Positions 1 through 14,148 of a stretch of DNA of 64,000 bases are shown piece by piece (positions within the stretch are counted from its first letter, which is position 1; each line of letters opens with the position of its first letter). Under the pieces are notes generated by a model, which did not search any database, was not told the DNA's origin, and worked only from the letters and a program-made list of their open reading frames with translations. This DNA comes from Schizochytrium sp. TIO01 (Eukaryota > Protista > Bigyra: Labyrinthulomycetes), in the NCBI GenBank assembly GCA_004764695.1, contig SMSO01000014.1, forward strand, positions 3,777,648 through 3,841,647. The letters run 5' to 3'. Position numbers and translations under genes: made by a program.

Positions 1-3000
1 ATGATAAAGTAGGTAGGTAGCTAGGTTGAAGCCGGTAAACGAGCGATGTAGACACAGCCTGTCAATACTTGTTTTTCGGGTTAAGCAGCTAGCTGTGGCA
101 AATACACAAGCCTTCATTATTAATTAATTCATGCTTTAGCACGTTTTATTTCTGCACGCGCGGAGCATGATTATGAGTGTTCCCTATGCACACACCCAAC
201 CCGAAACCCGCCCTTTTTTCGATACTCACTTCTGGCTAGCTAACTACGGTTGAGCTTTATTTCTCTAGAGCTGAGGACTGATTTGAGGAAGACTTGGAAT
301 GAGAGGTAGTAGCCAACTGCATGAGCAGGAAGCATTCGGACCGCTCGATCGTTGCGTAACTCAACACCCAAGGACAAACTTGGACTTTTCCTCAATTGTA
401 CGACAACTCGAACATTAGAATTCGTCATAGAAGTAGACTTACAGTTGGTGATAGCACTGAAAGAAGTCCCAGAGAGTGAGCTGCGCCCATCTCAATCTCA
501 ACTTGTGCAGTACATAAATTTTTAAGCTTACCTGCAATGCCATTAGTATAGATTTGCATTCTTCATCACTCCCCCTAGCCAAAGGCAAGCCCTTCAAACC
601 TTTTACCTTGAATAAAACCCAAGCCGGAACATCGTTCATTGATTCTCCATTCTTTTAATATATTCTCCTGTACAACACAACTTTTCAGATTTCGCGGTAT
701 GATTTCCAAAAGAGCTGCATAAAAACTGTAACTCAGGTGGTGCAGGAGTTCTTTTCTCCGGAGAGTTTGATTTCATCTATACCATGTCAACATTGTAGGT
801 ATCTTCTCCGCAGTATTTCTATTCTGACTGGAAAGCAAGATATTTCTTTTGATGTGAGATTCATCTAGTCTCGAAGTTCATCACCACTTATTCTTCTCAA
901 CATATTTTAAGATTTAGGCTCATGGAACAGTACTTTCGACGCTTTCGCAGAAGCTACCCGAACGTATGTTGCCAACATATTGAAGTGTGTGCAATATATT
1001 CAAGTCTTTTTCTAGATGCGGAGAACCTTCCCATTAGAAATCGCGTGAAAGCTTGTAGCAGAAAATCCAAAAGTACTTGTAAGAACATTGTTAAAAAACT
1101 TTTAATTTCTAAATTCCATCGTTCGTTCGCAAGGTTTCTCATGAGGTACTACCTGGAATGGTGAATCTGGTAATCGAGACAAATACAAGTTCTATGCAGC
1201 AGGTTTTTACCTAGCAGCTGTCATTACCATCATTATCAGATCTTCAAGCTTTAATTTATCGGAAAAGTGCTTAAAGCTCATTACCAAAGTAAAGGGTTAA
1301 TACAACTTCATACTGTATCTATTACGCTTTTCTATCGCAAGCACCGAGAAGAGCCCGCCAACTCTACCTTTTGATACTTGTGGGAGGTTCTCATCTCCGA
1401 CTTAGCAATACCTGTATGCTACAAAGTATTCAACACGACCTGCTAGAATCACGACCTGCAGCAGCCATTTTTCAATTTTCTTTTAATTTCCGCAATTCTT
1501 TCCATCGACGAAAGGCTTCAGAAGGCCAGCAACGAAACTGGAGGACTTTTCGGAGACCGCAGGTTCAACTCGTTTGCGAGCTCGCGGGAAATAAGACGCA
1601 CTAGTAACTTGGGCACTAAAACATGACAAATCTGCACGTGCGCGGTGGTACCTACTATGGACAACAACAGTAAACACTCTCTAGTGAGCAGGTGGGTGCA
1701 AGACAGCTCCTTCGCATCTGATCAAATCCCATGTCTTCAACTCGAGCAAACAGCGGGCGAGTGATCTTTTCCCAAGGGCGACCTGTGGCTGGCTCGCTTC
1801 GCAGACCAAAAAGGTGCTACAATTGAAACATTTTTTTATTTTATTTTTTAAAGTAAGCAATCTCTTTTATAGCCTTTCATTTCCTCCCTTTTCCCCCTTT
1901 TAATTAACATATTGTATATATTATAAAAAGCTTTAACGATTTTTTATTTTTTTTTTTAATATTTAATAATATTACTGTTGTAAGTAGTAGTTAAGTTTTT
2001 AGAAGAAAAAGGCTCTTTGAGCTTCAATTCGTTTCTTAATGAAATTCTGCAACCATTGATTTACCTAGTAAATAATATTACAGCAAAAGTTTTGAAACGC
2101 GATACCAAGAGATGTTGGGATTGTTCGTGATGTCTTCCGTTGAATGTGCTGCTATCCTCCATCGAGGGAAAGATCGATATAAAGGACGTGCAAGCAGCAT
2201 TCACTCAAGTTGATCTCCGATTCGATTCGCGATGACGCCTGCTTGGCCATGCAGATGGATGCTCTCTTCTAGCTTGGTGAAAATGTATTAAGAATCTCAT
2301 CAGCATCATTTTATGGTCAGAGGGACAGAGGTTATATTGTGGTTACCTCCGTGAAGGAAAAAAGGAAAATCAGGAAAAGAAAAAGAGTGGCAATCGAGCG
2401 GGCATCCAAAAGAAGAAAACGTGCTGCCCTAAGCGAGAGAACAGGAAATCTCGCGCGAGAGTGGCAGCACTTTACTCAAAGACACCCTCTCCCCGGCACC
2501 AGTCGTCGAGCCGACCCATATCGGATAAGAGGGAAGACCATATGACATCAGCATATAGCTAGCATGCCAGGTCAAGCTCAATGCCTAAGCTATGTACCTT
2601 CCTCTTAATGATTATTACCGCCAACATCTCTCGGTTCTCTCTGTATAAACCTGCTGTATATATAAGCCTACTTTTGCCTAGTAGTTTCCTCTTTTTCCCT
2701 TTTCCTTTTTTTTTGGATATCGCTGCCATAGGTAGCAATGAGAAAATGTCAAACACGAAACATGATTTTAAAATAAAAAATGATCTTAATATGTTTTTTA
2801 AATATCAGATAAGAATAAGCGAACCTGGATTTAGCGAAAAACTGCGGAGCGAAACTGCGAACTTCTCTCGCTTTTCTTGGAGTTCTCCTCAAATTAAAGC
2901 GCCAAACTCAGTGAAACACAACGTATTGTCAGAACCAAACCAACCTCGGATCATGCAGAGTCATAAGAATGTACGTAACAGCTCATCATAACCTACCAAG

Positions 3001-6000
3001 CGTAAGTGGGGATACAGAAAGACAGCTCTTCCAAGGGTTTTGCAGCCACGACGGTTCAAAGCGAGACGACACCAGCTCTGCTCACGGTTGCTAGCCAGAA
3101 AGATGGCCGTAGTTGTTTGATAGTACGTACTAGTTGCTAGCAGCACAGTAGGCTAACATCGTACGTAGTGCTTGCGCCGGCTCGCCACCCTAGCTTGCGT
3201 TGGAGGTGGAGGTCTGGGGCGTTCGAGCATATATATGCTCTTGCATATCGAAAAGATCTTCGACGTAAGTCAATCAATCGCGAAGAGTAGGTAATATCTT
3301 TGCAGTTTGTGAAGGAGTGTAGATCACAACTCCCATCCAGACTTGAGGATTACATCAGCTCGCTGCGAACCAGCTGCGAAGAGAATGGACGAAACAAAAC
3401 GCGCCGCCTGCTTCTGCGTAAGCTCGATTGAAACTATAACTCTTCAAATCGGCAGCCAAAAGGTTTTCCTTTCTTTATCTTCCCTCTCTGCTGCTGAGGT
3501 AAATAAAACTTACCTTGAGAATGATAAAGAGAATAAAAGAATCTTATGTACAGAGGGCAGGCCCTATATTCATTTTTTAATGGAAGCGGCCCCAGCACTT
3601 GGAGATCCAGGCGATAAGCAAGGAAAGATCTTTACCCGAGGATGTCGCACGGACTCACAGCTCATTTGCGCTGTTATCAAAGCATTAGTGAAGAAGATGA
3701 AAGCTATCTTGTTGCCGGTTAGTGGAACGACTACCACTACACAATTTTACATTTTATGATTATATACTATTTCTTTTTTCTTTTTTCTTTTTTTCTTTTT
3801 AAAATTAAAATAATACTATCTCTTATAATTATGATGAGGAAAAAGGAGAACAAGCATGAAAGGGTGCAATGAAGAGAGTGGAGTGGAATCCAGCGCGGTG
3901 AGAAACCAGGAGCGAAAATGCATTATCAAAGGTATACCAGGATTCAAAAAAGAGTGCCTCAATAAATCAAGAACAGTAGGTACCAAGTCTGATCAAGAAA
4001 GAATTGACCTCCAAGTTGCCATATGTGACGTGTTAGGTATACTTTACATAGCTGATAAGTACTAATAGTATTCTACGCACCCACCAACTTGAGCGCTTTT
4101 GTCTTCGAGTTAGAGCTTTTAGGCAGTTTAGACGCTCGTAATTACCACATTTCCTTTTAATCTCTGCACGCCCTTTTTGAAAAGACGTGTTTTCCCCTTA
4201 TATAGTAGTGATCATACTCATGATCATCGTCCGGATGCATCTATGTTCGACTTTCATATGATGGATTAATTCGTCCACATATTTATATAACATGTGTTGC
4301 TTCTCTCTTGTCTTTTTCTCAGAGAAGAAACCTAGTAAGTATACAGGATGTCTCTTTTCTTATTTATTTGTAAGCAAAACTTGAAGAATTTTTGATGCCC
4401 TGACTTTGAATTTGTATGGTGAAACTTTTTATGAATTAAATTTACGACAACACATCTGGTGAGCAGGACGGCTTCGAGTAGGGATAGTAATGTTATGTCA
4501 TGATGCCATATGTAACTTGTCTCCTTCCTTTCTTTTAGCAACCTCCTCTTCTTCGTTCTGCTGCTGCTTCCCCGAAGGAAAACATTTCTCTGCCACTAAC
4601 TAACCAAACATTAAAAAAAAAAAAATAAAGAAACAGATATATAAAGGGTATTGCTGCGTTTCCAAGTCTCTTCAACGCTTTATCCTTCTTTATACAAAGC
4701 AGAACATGATGGCTAAAAGCTTTCCTAAAGTTTTTAACCAAAAACTCCTTCTCAAACAAAGCAGGCTGAGAGTGACACTTATCCGCATTCTTATATATCG
4801 GTCGGCCCATTACTACCTGCTTCCATTGCACCCTCTGTTTAGAGTTCCTTCGACCTAAATCTTCAAGTGCATAATAACAAATAGCACTCATCGTCCATCG
4901 TGATATAGGAACCTGCTCTTCAAGTCCGCACCCAGCTCTTGGGGATAATTTTCCGCTTTGCTACCACGAAAGAGCGTTGCAGTTATATTGCCAGTAGCTA
5001 TGAACGCGCGGATTGTGTGGCGTGATAAGTCAAAGACTTACAAATCAGCCAGCTCGGCTCCTTCGTAATTATCTGAGCTTATTATATGATATATTTGTAA
5101 TATGCAAATCTCAAAATGATCTTGCGGAATGATTTACATATAAGCTTTCAAAAAGCCTGCAGGTTCTACTGCAATTAAGCGACCTCACCCACATGCGTGA
5201 ACATGTTTCATCGTGAGAAGCCAACAAGTGACGCGATGGTGAAAAATGCCGTGCAAATTCAACGCAAAGTCTGTCTAAAAGCTAACCCAACAATCTGAGT
5301 GGCTACCACTCATGTGTAAATGCAACCCCTAGCAGGTAATTATTTGATGCATCTAATGGTCAATCTATGGATCGTTTGCGTGGGGTTAACAGCTTCCGCG
5401 GACAGTATTGCTACGTTCCTTGCACAAATTACTAAAGCAAATAACAGACTATCGGCTTTAACCTTTGGAACACCGATTGTTCACCAATGATTGCAGAGAG
5501 ACGCCTGAAGAAAGGATTTAACTTTGCTCGTTGAATTTGCAATGCACATTATGCTACCTCGCTCACGTTTGTGCAATTGCTCTATAGCGGATCAATCTCT
5601 TCATCCATGACCATTAAGAGCACCAAATCAAAGATTTTTCATGGCTGAAGTAGATGTCCCTCTCTATTGTTTTAAAGTAATGGGCCTGAATGAGAACAAG
5701 CACAGTCACTATAACTATCACCGATGGATGCGCTCCTCTTTATGATATTATTTTACACTTCACGGGATTTCAATCAGGGAAGATATTTTCTGTTTTGTTT
5801 TTTTCTTTCTTTTTTTAAATCTTATCTTATCTTATTTTCTGTTAACCTTGAAACTTTTAATTTTAAAAAATGTGTGCTTTACGTCTTAATCAATATATAA
5901 ATGTTCCTACGAACACCCCACCCCCCCCTTTTTTTTTAAATATAAAGTAGGTTAATTACAAGGGAAATATGAGGAAAAGCCTAAGTATGTAATTTGATAT

Positions 6001-9000
6001 TTAGCTGTGCTCTTAGCTGAAGTAAAACATCATCACCTTAGTATACTTTGGTTTGTTTGCAACTCTAAAAAAAAATATAGGTTTACTTACTAAGAAATTA
6101 AGAAATGAGAGTGGAAATAGTAGAAAATACTTCAAAAATGAAGTCATCATTTTCTTATATTCTTCAGTATTTAATTTAAAATAAAAGACATTTAAACTTT
6201 GAAAATAAAAATAAAATGTTAAACGCATGGCTCATCATCTCTTTGACTTCATTTAAAAAAGCAATTATATGTATAGATGATCAAAGTAGTCGCCTCTATA
6301 TCAAAATTACGATTAAACGTCTGCGACAAGAAAAAAATATAAATCTTAATAATGAAGTCTTTATCTTTCGAATAGTTGCTGGGTAGAAGTGCTGGTAGTG
6401 TTACTGCTTAAAGTGAGGTGCGCACTATAGGAACTATGCTTCAACACGCATCACTTGGACCTTATAGTACGTAGTGTCATCCTATTCTAAAAGCATCAAA
6501 ATTTTTGGGTGGTTCTCCAACATTACTCGTTTTGGGCACAGCTATTGGAGAAGTGAACGTGCACAATGTTGAGCTTGTCTTGCCGTTGCTCCATTTCATG
6601 AATTAATTGTCATATACAATTCATGATCATAGTTATTAATTTCATACGCATTTAAATAAAGCAACCAGTATCAGAAGTGTCGTGGTCGAGATAAAGTTAA
6701 ATTGGGCTCAAGCATCTTGGTAGTTAGTTAATTGTCGTTAGCAAAGTTCCCAAGTATACACTCCCATATCATCACCCAGCCCTTTTTGCGCAAATTAATG
6801 ACATCATCCTATTCACCTTAGGTACAGTGTGTTTGATGATTATTCGTAGCAAGTCTTTTGAAAAAAATGTAAGTTAGTCGGATAATAATGTGTTTTCCCA
6901 CCACCATCTCTTTGGTTGTATCGAAGTTTTTACTATGAATACTAATATCTCCGAACAGGGATTCTGCACGCGCGGTACAATAATTCGATTCAGATTTATG
7001 AAAGGTAATAAGTGGAGTTGCGAACTACAAGTTGCTGTTTGATTTGGCAGCTTCATCTCTTGGAAAGTTCAACACGGTTATACTTCCAAGGTGAGGCATT
7101 GCTGACAATCTGACAGCTTACATGAGAACAGACAGCACTGTCAGTGCTTTAAAGTGTTCTTGGTGCGACTAGTTCATCATCTGGAATTTCTGAGTTCAAT
7201 ATTAATAGAACAAAAGGCAACTTGCAATTATTCTATGGATTGAATGTGCTTCACACAACAAATTACGGTATAGTGTCTCTATCTCACTTTTTCTTTCCGA
7301 CGGCCTCAAAGCGAACAGGCAGTTGCAGTGCACAGCGTTTTACCATTAAATCAAACGTGGCAATGTGAATAGGCGCAATAAGCAACTCTATACAATCTCT
7401 TTCTGCTCGAAGGGCTGCACCTACTTGCTAATTTTACTCCAAGTCAGCATCGCCATGTTTAGTACCTTGATAGGGTGAAAAAAGATGCAGAAGAAAAAAA
7501 AGTGAGACTTATAGTACCTGATAGACCAAATTAGGTAAAACTATTCTTATTTTTTCTAGTTCTTCACAGGAAATTGATCCGTGCGGATTGTTTTCCTCCT
7601 CGGAACTCTTTGAAAGAAATCTCGGTTTTTCGTGAAAATGAAAGGTCACAGGGAGAGGGTGTTGAGCAGGTATGATAGGCGTGGTTACGTAGCCTTTCAC
7701 AGGATTTGATCAGATAGAATGAAGTCCTCAATATTTATTGCACCAGCGCTCTGCAAGAACAGGAGCTCCTCTGGTATGAATTATTCAGCATAAAACCCTT
7801 TCGAAAATATTGCATGAACCTCGCCGCTGTAGATTTATGAAAAGCGTGATCGATAGTGAGTTCAACACGGTGCATCCAGCAATAAGCTAGTAGCTGCCAG
7901 TAGAAGCAGACAGAATGGCAAACTCGGCTACTCAATAACGGCATTTCCCGCGTTTGCACCTTTCCCGCTTGAGCGCACGCATAATTTATTAATTAGGTCT
8001 GCTCACCTTTACTGCACTTCAACGTGTTTAATTCAAAGTGCTCGAAAATCAATTGTATTTTCAAGCTTTTTTCTTCCCTCTCTTTTTTAAACGCAAGCTC
8101 GCAGACAAGGAATGTGCACCATTTCTTAAACAATAATTGCTCCTACTTTTGGTCATGTGAGCGTCATCAGGTCGCTAGCTAAACTTGGGCTCCACAGGGT
8201 ATATTTATCTGTTGATAACTGACGCGCAATAAATCAGAGATGAACATTTTGCTTTGCAAATTGCAGCTTGCACAACAATGTAGAGAAACTTCGTGCCAAG
8301 CATTTGTTCAGATAGGAAAAAAGGAATCAATGTTCTACCCTTGTTGTTGTTGTGTACCATTTGCACGTGTAGTGCTTGCCAACATAATCCAATCAAAGCA
8401 AAAGCGGATGGCTAACTCATCACACTCTTTCGATTGGCTTTTTTTTTCAATGTTCTTTTGTTTGAGGCAAAGTTTTTCATTCATGTATATATATTTTAAA
8501 AGTGTAAATTTCCCCTACCTACACTCAAGGTTTTGCACACATTACTTTCAACTTCCATTAATCTTTATCTATGTAGCTCTAGCTAAGTATGATAGTGTTT
8601 TTTTGTTTGTGTGGTTTTTTATTGAAGAAATAAGCGAGCACGCACAAGTGCAAAAGCAAGACAGCACGTGAAGGTGCGAGACAACTCCAGCTTCTCCAAG
8701 CTCCAATCGCTCACCGATACTTGTTTCAAAGAGGTTAGTTATCATCACTTGTTGGCCGAATGGATCGTGAGCCATGGCTTTCTTAAGAAATTGCAAAGTC
8801 CAACTTGCTCAACCTGATGAACAGCAAAACACACAGCACACAACTTGAAGGAATAAGCAAAGAACAATGGTGTTTTGGTCCGCTAATCCCCTCGCTGTCT
8901 ATTGAAAATAGTTGATAGGAAGACCCCCCACCCTGTTAGACCTGTTAGATGTCTGTATGATTAGCATTACCTAGCATATTAGGTATTGCCGCTGGCAGTT

Positions 9001-12000
9001 TCTACCAAGTCTCGACAGTGAGTAATGATCCAATGCGTGGAGTCGACTCTCCTCGTTCTACCCCAACTCGTCATTCAACTGCCAATAGTGCAGGTGAAGG
9101 AGTTCCAGACAGCGAAGCACGCGATCGCATTGTTCTTTTAAACCTCTATACTATGCTTTACCTATATATTGTTGTGCGAGCCGAAATACACACACGAGAT
9201 TCATTTTTTTTCTTGAAAAAGCATATAACTAAAAGTTCATATTCATCCAGGTCCAACGATAGGTGTATAGCCGCTCGCACGTGAATCTTACGGCAACTGA
9301 GTTCCAGGAACCGTTACTAGTTGTGAATTGACGGACACACGCAAGTAGATCATCGATAGAAGGCTGGACCCAACGTCATGCTGACTAAATGGTGGCTGGA
9401 CGGGCAACTACTTCCATTGAGTTTCGATTGCAAAGTCTCTCGCTGTCAAGGTTGAGATTCACATTTCAATTCTGAGGGGGGGTGGCTCTTCAGCGCCGAA
9501 TAGCAAAAGTGCGCTGTGCACAAGAAGACTAAGCTACTCTGCTCTAAAGTATAAAACCAAGAACATGAAATTGGAAAATATTGTTCACATAGGTAGACTT
9601 TCCTAAATCAAGATCATGGACTTTGCACATCAGCACCGAGCACCTCCGCGAGGTCCGTATGCATGAGCTGCACGTCGTTGTACTGAAATGCGCAGAATCG
9701 ATTCGAGTTGAAAGTTTTGGCCTCTTTACGACAACAGAAACGACAGACGAAGGATCTGACGAGAGCATTAGAACCATTGATTTATTTGGACTGAAGTAGT
9801 AATACTAGCTAGATAACCTATCTACTGTTAAAAATTGATTACACTTCAGACTTCAGAGTTCAATTTGGGTGTTTGAGCTACTTTCGATGTGTTGAAACCT
9901 CCAACCCCAAGCTCTTCCAATGTGCAGCGCACAAGTTGAAGTTGGCTATTCGACAAATAGGGTGTCGAAGCTAGGATCAATTCAGAGAGAGAGGGATGAA
10001 AACATTGAATCGAGATCAAACGCACAAGCTGAGGCCGTTAGCACTGGGGCACGTGTTCATCTAATGTCCATTACCGAGCACCTACTACAAGTACCGCAAA
10101 CATTTTGAACTTGTTGCATGCCATAGAACCTTTTGTCGATGTTTGATACACACGTGTTGTCTACCTCTTCAAGACGCTCAATTTGAAATTTCTCCACATT
10201 CTTTTTAAGTTCTTATATTCGCTCGTCTAGACATCGTTTCTCATCCTCTACTATCTGGAGGTAGGTTTGCAGGTAGTACGTAGGTCTGCTGCGGAATTCG
10301 AAGATGCAAATTTATCTCTAGGCTGTTCGTAATTTTTTTAATGTAGTTCATGATTGGTTGCCAATCCAAACTTCATGAGTACCGCGAAGCATCTTTTGAA
10401 TATCTCTTTTGTAATGACTCTTTGCATTTGCAAACGAAGCTCTTCAGGACCTTCGCAGTATACCATATAGATGCTCACTGCCCAAACTCGAGTCCACGTC
10501 ATTCGCGAGTTGTTTTGGAAATTTCCAAAACACATCACCCTGCAAAAAGCCATTTAGTACTCGCAGCGTATTAAACTGATCTTCCGGGCCGCTTCGGCTC
10601 TAGTAAGAAAATCGTGGAGTCTATGCCGCCTCGCATTCGAAGCACTTTATTGCAAAATAGGAGTATTCATAGCCACCAAAGGAAATAGGAAGCACTCTGT
10701 TTTCGTCTCCCTATTTTCCTAGGTTAAGCTAGATAAGGGGGAAGAACATGCCATTGCAACTAAGCAAATAAATGCTGCTCTTCAACACGTACTGCTCTGA
10801 CGCGCTACAGACACTTTTATTTCTCGCGGTTTTGCCATATTTTCTTTATTATTTTGAGAAATTGAATCAAGATCCGCCCATTCCAATTTTTCTCATGTTT
10901 AATTACGCTATTTTTTCTAATATTCTTAGGGCTGCACGTGCCGCAAAATACTATTCGTCTAATATCATGATACTATTTCATCAAAGAATAAGTCACTAAT
11001 TTTGCAAACCACTGTGCCAAGGCAATGTAGCTTTAGGCCGTCAGCAAACCGGCGAGCGAGTGATTTGCTCTGCTGTCCACCTGTAAAGGCACTTGTCTGG
11101 AAAACAGTGGCACTTCCCGGACAGCAGCTTGATGCATTAGCTTTTAGGTACTACACTCAAATAGCTTAGTACACACCTCTCTTGAAAGTTTCATCTGCTG
11201 GGTGCGCTATACCGAAATTGTGGTCGAATGTTATGATACAATTTCTCCAATTTTTCCTTTTATACCATGGAACATATAATTATTTCACTAATTATCACTA
11301 GTCGTGCTGGGTATAAAACGAAATATTGGAAATTTTCAAAAGCCGGCTGTATACTTTGATATTCTCACCGAGCAGACATTTTTCTGTGAGGATTGGGTGT
11401 TTCTGTTACTTGACCAAGCAAAACTAGTGTTCTTAGCATTGAGAACAGAATAGCCGAATGGTGAAATCATTTCTCTGGACCAGCTTTTAGCAAGCCAGAG
11501 TAGATTCACGTCTATTAGATTGCAAACAAGACTTACTTTAAAGCTTACATCCATTCAGCTGCGTTCTCTAGTTTCAAATCATTTGACTTGCCTCTGCAGC
11601 TATTCTCACAGACAGTTCAATCAACGTAGAATTACCAGAATTTATACAAGCTTGTCCCAACAATGCGTGCGATTATTTTAAAAGTCACCTTGATGTTCAA
11701 GTTGAACTTCTAGGTTTAAGGGGATAGCTAGTGAAGGATTAAAAGGGTGGCCAGGAATAATAATCAACAAATTTCTAATATTAGTGATCAGAGGGGACTT
11801 ATTCATATCATTTTGTTGGAATTTGGCTAATCGTAAAACTAAGCCTTTCAATCCATTTTCTTGGGTATGACAAGTCCGTGAAGTACATTTTCTTGAAAGC
11901 GTCGCCACAGAGATCGCTTACACAAGAGTCGTAGAATTAAACCATGCAAACCATATTCCATGTTGAACTAAATCTATATCAGCGCATAAGTAACTTGAAG

Positions 12001-14148
12001 TCTGAAGCTTATCTGTGTTAGTCTTTAATTCTGGCTCACATTAATATGTCGCGTTATCAAAGCTTTTTTCTACCGTCAATTCTGTCTCGACTAACACAGA
12101 GGCACCATGAGGACGTGCACATTATAATAAACCTTTCTGAAGATCAAGCTGACTCAGCTCTTTAAAATTTAAACGCCAAGAACAAGAACGGATTTCATGT
12201 AACCATTCAGGTTTCAGCAAATTGGAGAGTGTATCAAAGCAAACGTCCGAGACTTCTGGGGATATCACGCATTACTAGGTCTGAGAATGTTCTAGTTTTA
12301 GCTGGCCCAAGTTCAAGTTGTACTTACAAGTGCATTAGAGTCTGCGTTTGACAACAGTTGGCCTTCCTAAGACAAGGACGAAGGTATATAATTTCATCTT
12401 AATATATGCTGTGTACCTGTCACTCATGTCTGTTGGTATTGCCCAGTGTCCCTTTTAGAGAGCACTTTTATACTTTTGCTCACCTCCCGACCAAGATCCA
12501 GTTCCAGGTTATTTACGACAATTGAAAATAAAATGAAAATTGTCGCAGGATTGAGTGTTATACGCTTTGCGCACACCATTAAAATTTGGAACTTTGCGAG
12601 CTCGCAAGGCTCGTGGTGAAAGCAATTCACGCTCAATTTCGTCTCTAAACTGCGAACGTGGTTATCTGAACACTCCATCGCAACATAAGGCTAAATATAA
12701 GAAGCGGTCGCTCAGACTGGCAAAGACCGCTGCAAAGAGGCAGTTTCCCTGGTGGGTGCGCTTTGCGCAGATGCGCATTGAACCAGCCAAACTCTAATTT
12801 CCCTCATTCAGGCTACCAAGTCTTCGATATCCTATTAAATGCTTAAGTCATGGCGAGTAGGTGTGAGTTGGCAATAATGCTAATGATGTGATCGATACCG
12901 AGGATGGCTCGTTAAGAGTTTTCTTTGAAAATCCCTCCAGAGTCTCAGGCGCAATGGACGAGTAGAAGTTCATGCCACAGAATCATTTGAAAGAAACTCT
13001 CAACCTCTTTGTTGTATTTCCCCCATCCCTTTCATCGACACCTGAGCTAATTATTTATTCTTGCAGTTGAAGAGGGTTCGGGAGAAACTTGGTGAGCACA
13101 GAGAAGACTTGAGCAACCATGTGGTTGTACCAAAAGATGGAAGTTAGAAAGTGCTAAACGCAGGGATTCGGGTTCTGAAGCTGCAGAATGATCACTCAAG
13201 TGCGCATCTCACTCGCCCTATACCCTCGCTCGAAAGCCAAATAGCGTGAGTTTTTAAAGTACATCAAACTTATCAGTTCCTAGTTCCTTTTTTAAAATTA
13301 AATTTTAAAATTGAATATTATTTATTCTTCGTTTACTAGTACCTTACTCTATATATATATTAAAATAATTTTTTAAAATCACAAATTTTCATGTACTATT
13401 ACAATGATTCCAACGATATGTGGTTTCCTCTAATACGATTTTTTTTTATGTGCTGGAGAAACTCTATCATTCTCACTAAACCAATGTGATTCGATGCTTC
13501 ATTTCCCAGAATAACCTTTGCATATTTACGGCATTTCTCTCCATCAATTATATTCTCAAATTTATGCATTCGCAGCGATACGTTACCCTCTCTACTTCCC
13601 GCGTTATGACCTTTCTCGTTGCTGGCTTCCTTTATAAGCTCTAAGCTCTATTCTATAGCATGAGATAATGATGAATTCTACGACATCATATCAAATACAG
13701 AGTCTCTAGCATAACTGTAAGAGACTGATTCGAGAGAGGGACCAAGTCGAGCGATGTATTTTAATTAAATTATTCGTGAAAGGACTTCTCTAACCAACGC
13801 TATCTTTTCATCGTTGTGATTCATCGTAGTGAACCACAAAAGAATTTGATGTTTAAAGTTGCACCTTTTTACATATCAGCAATATTAGTTAAGCCTAAAG
13901 AATCGTGGATAGTCTAAAAGTATTACATTTTGATTTTAAATTAGTCTTTATAAATGTTGATCCATAAACTATTGAAACCTCGTATACTCCTCTAATGGCA
14001 GAAGGGAGCACTCAGATGGCTACATGCCCATTTTTGCATCACCCTCAAATGACTCTTGTTCATTTCTAAAGATTCAACGAGCCGGACTAATAATGGTGTC
14101 TAATCAATACTCTACCACCAGGAATGAAATTTGTAAAAGTTGAGGCAA

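Noticed and set aside
240-12797. Many 60-143 aa ORFs in the first 13 kb
   Set aside because: No motifs, composition driven by A/T tracts, often non-ATG starts; consistent with chance.
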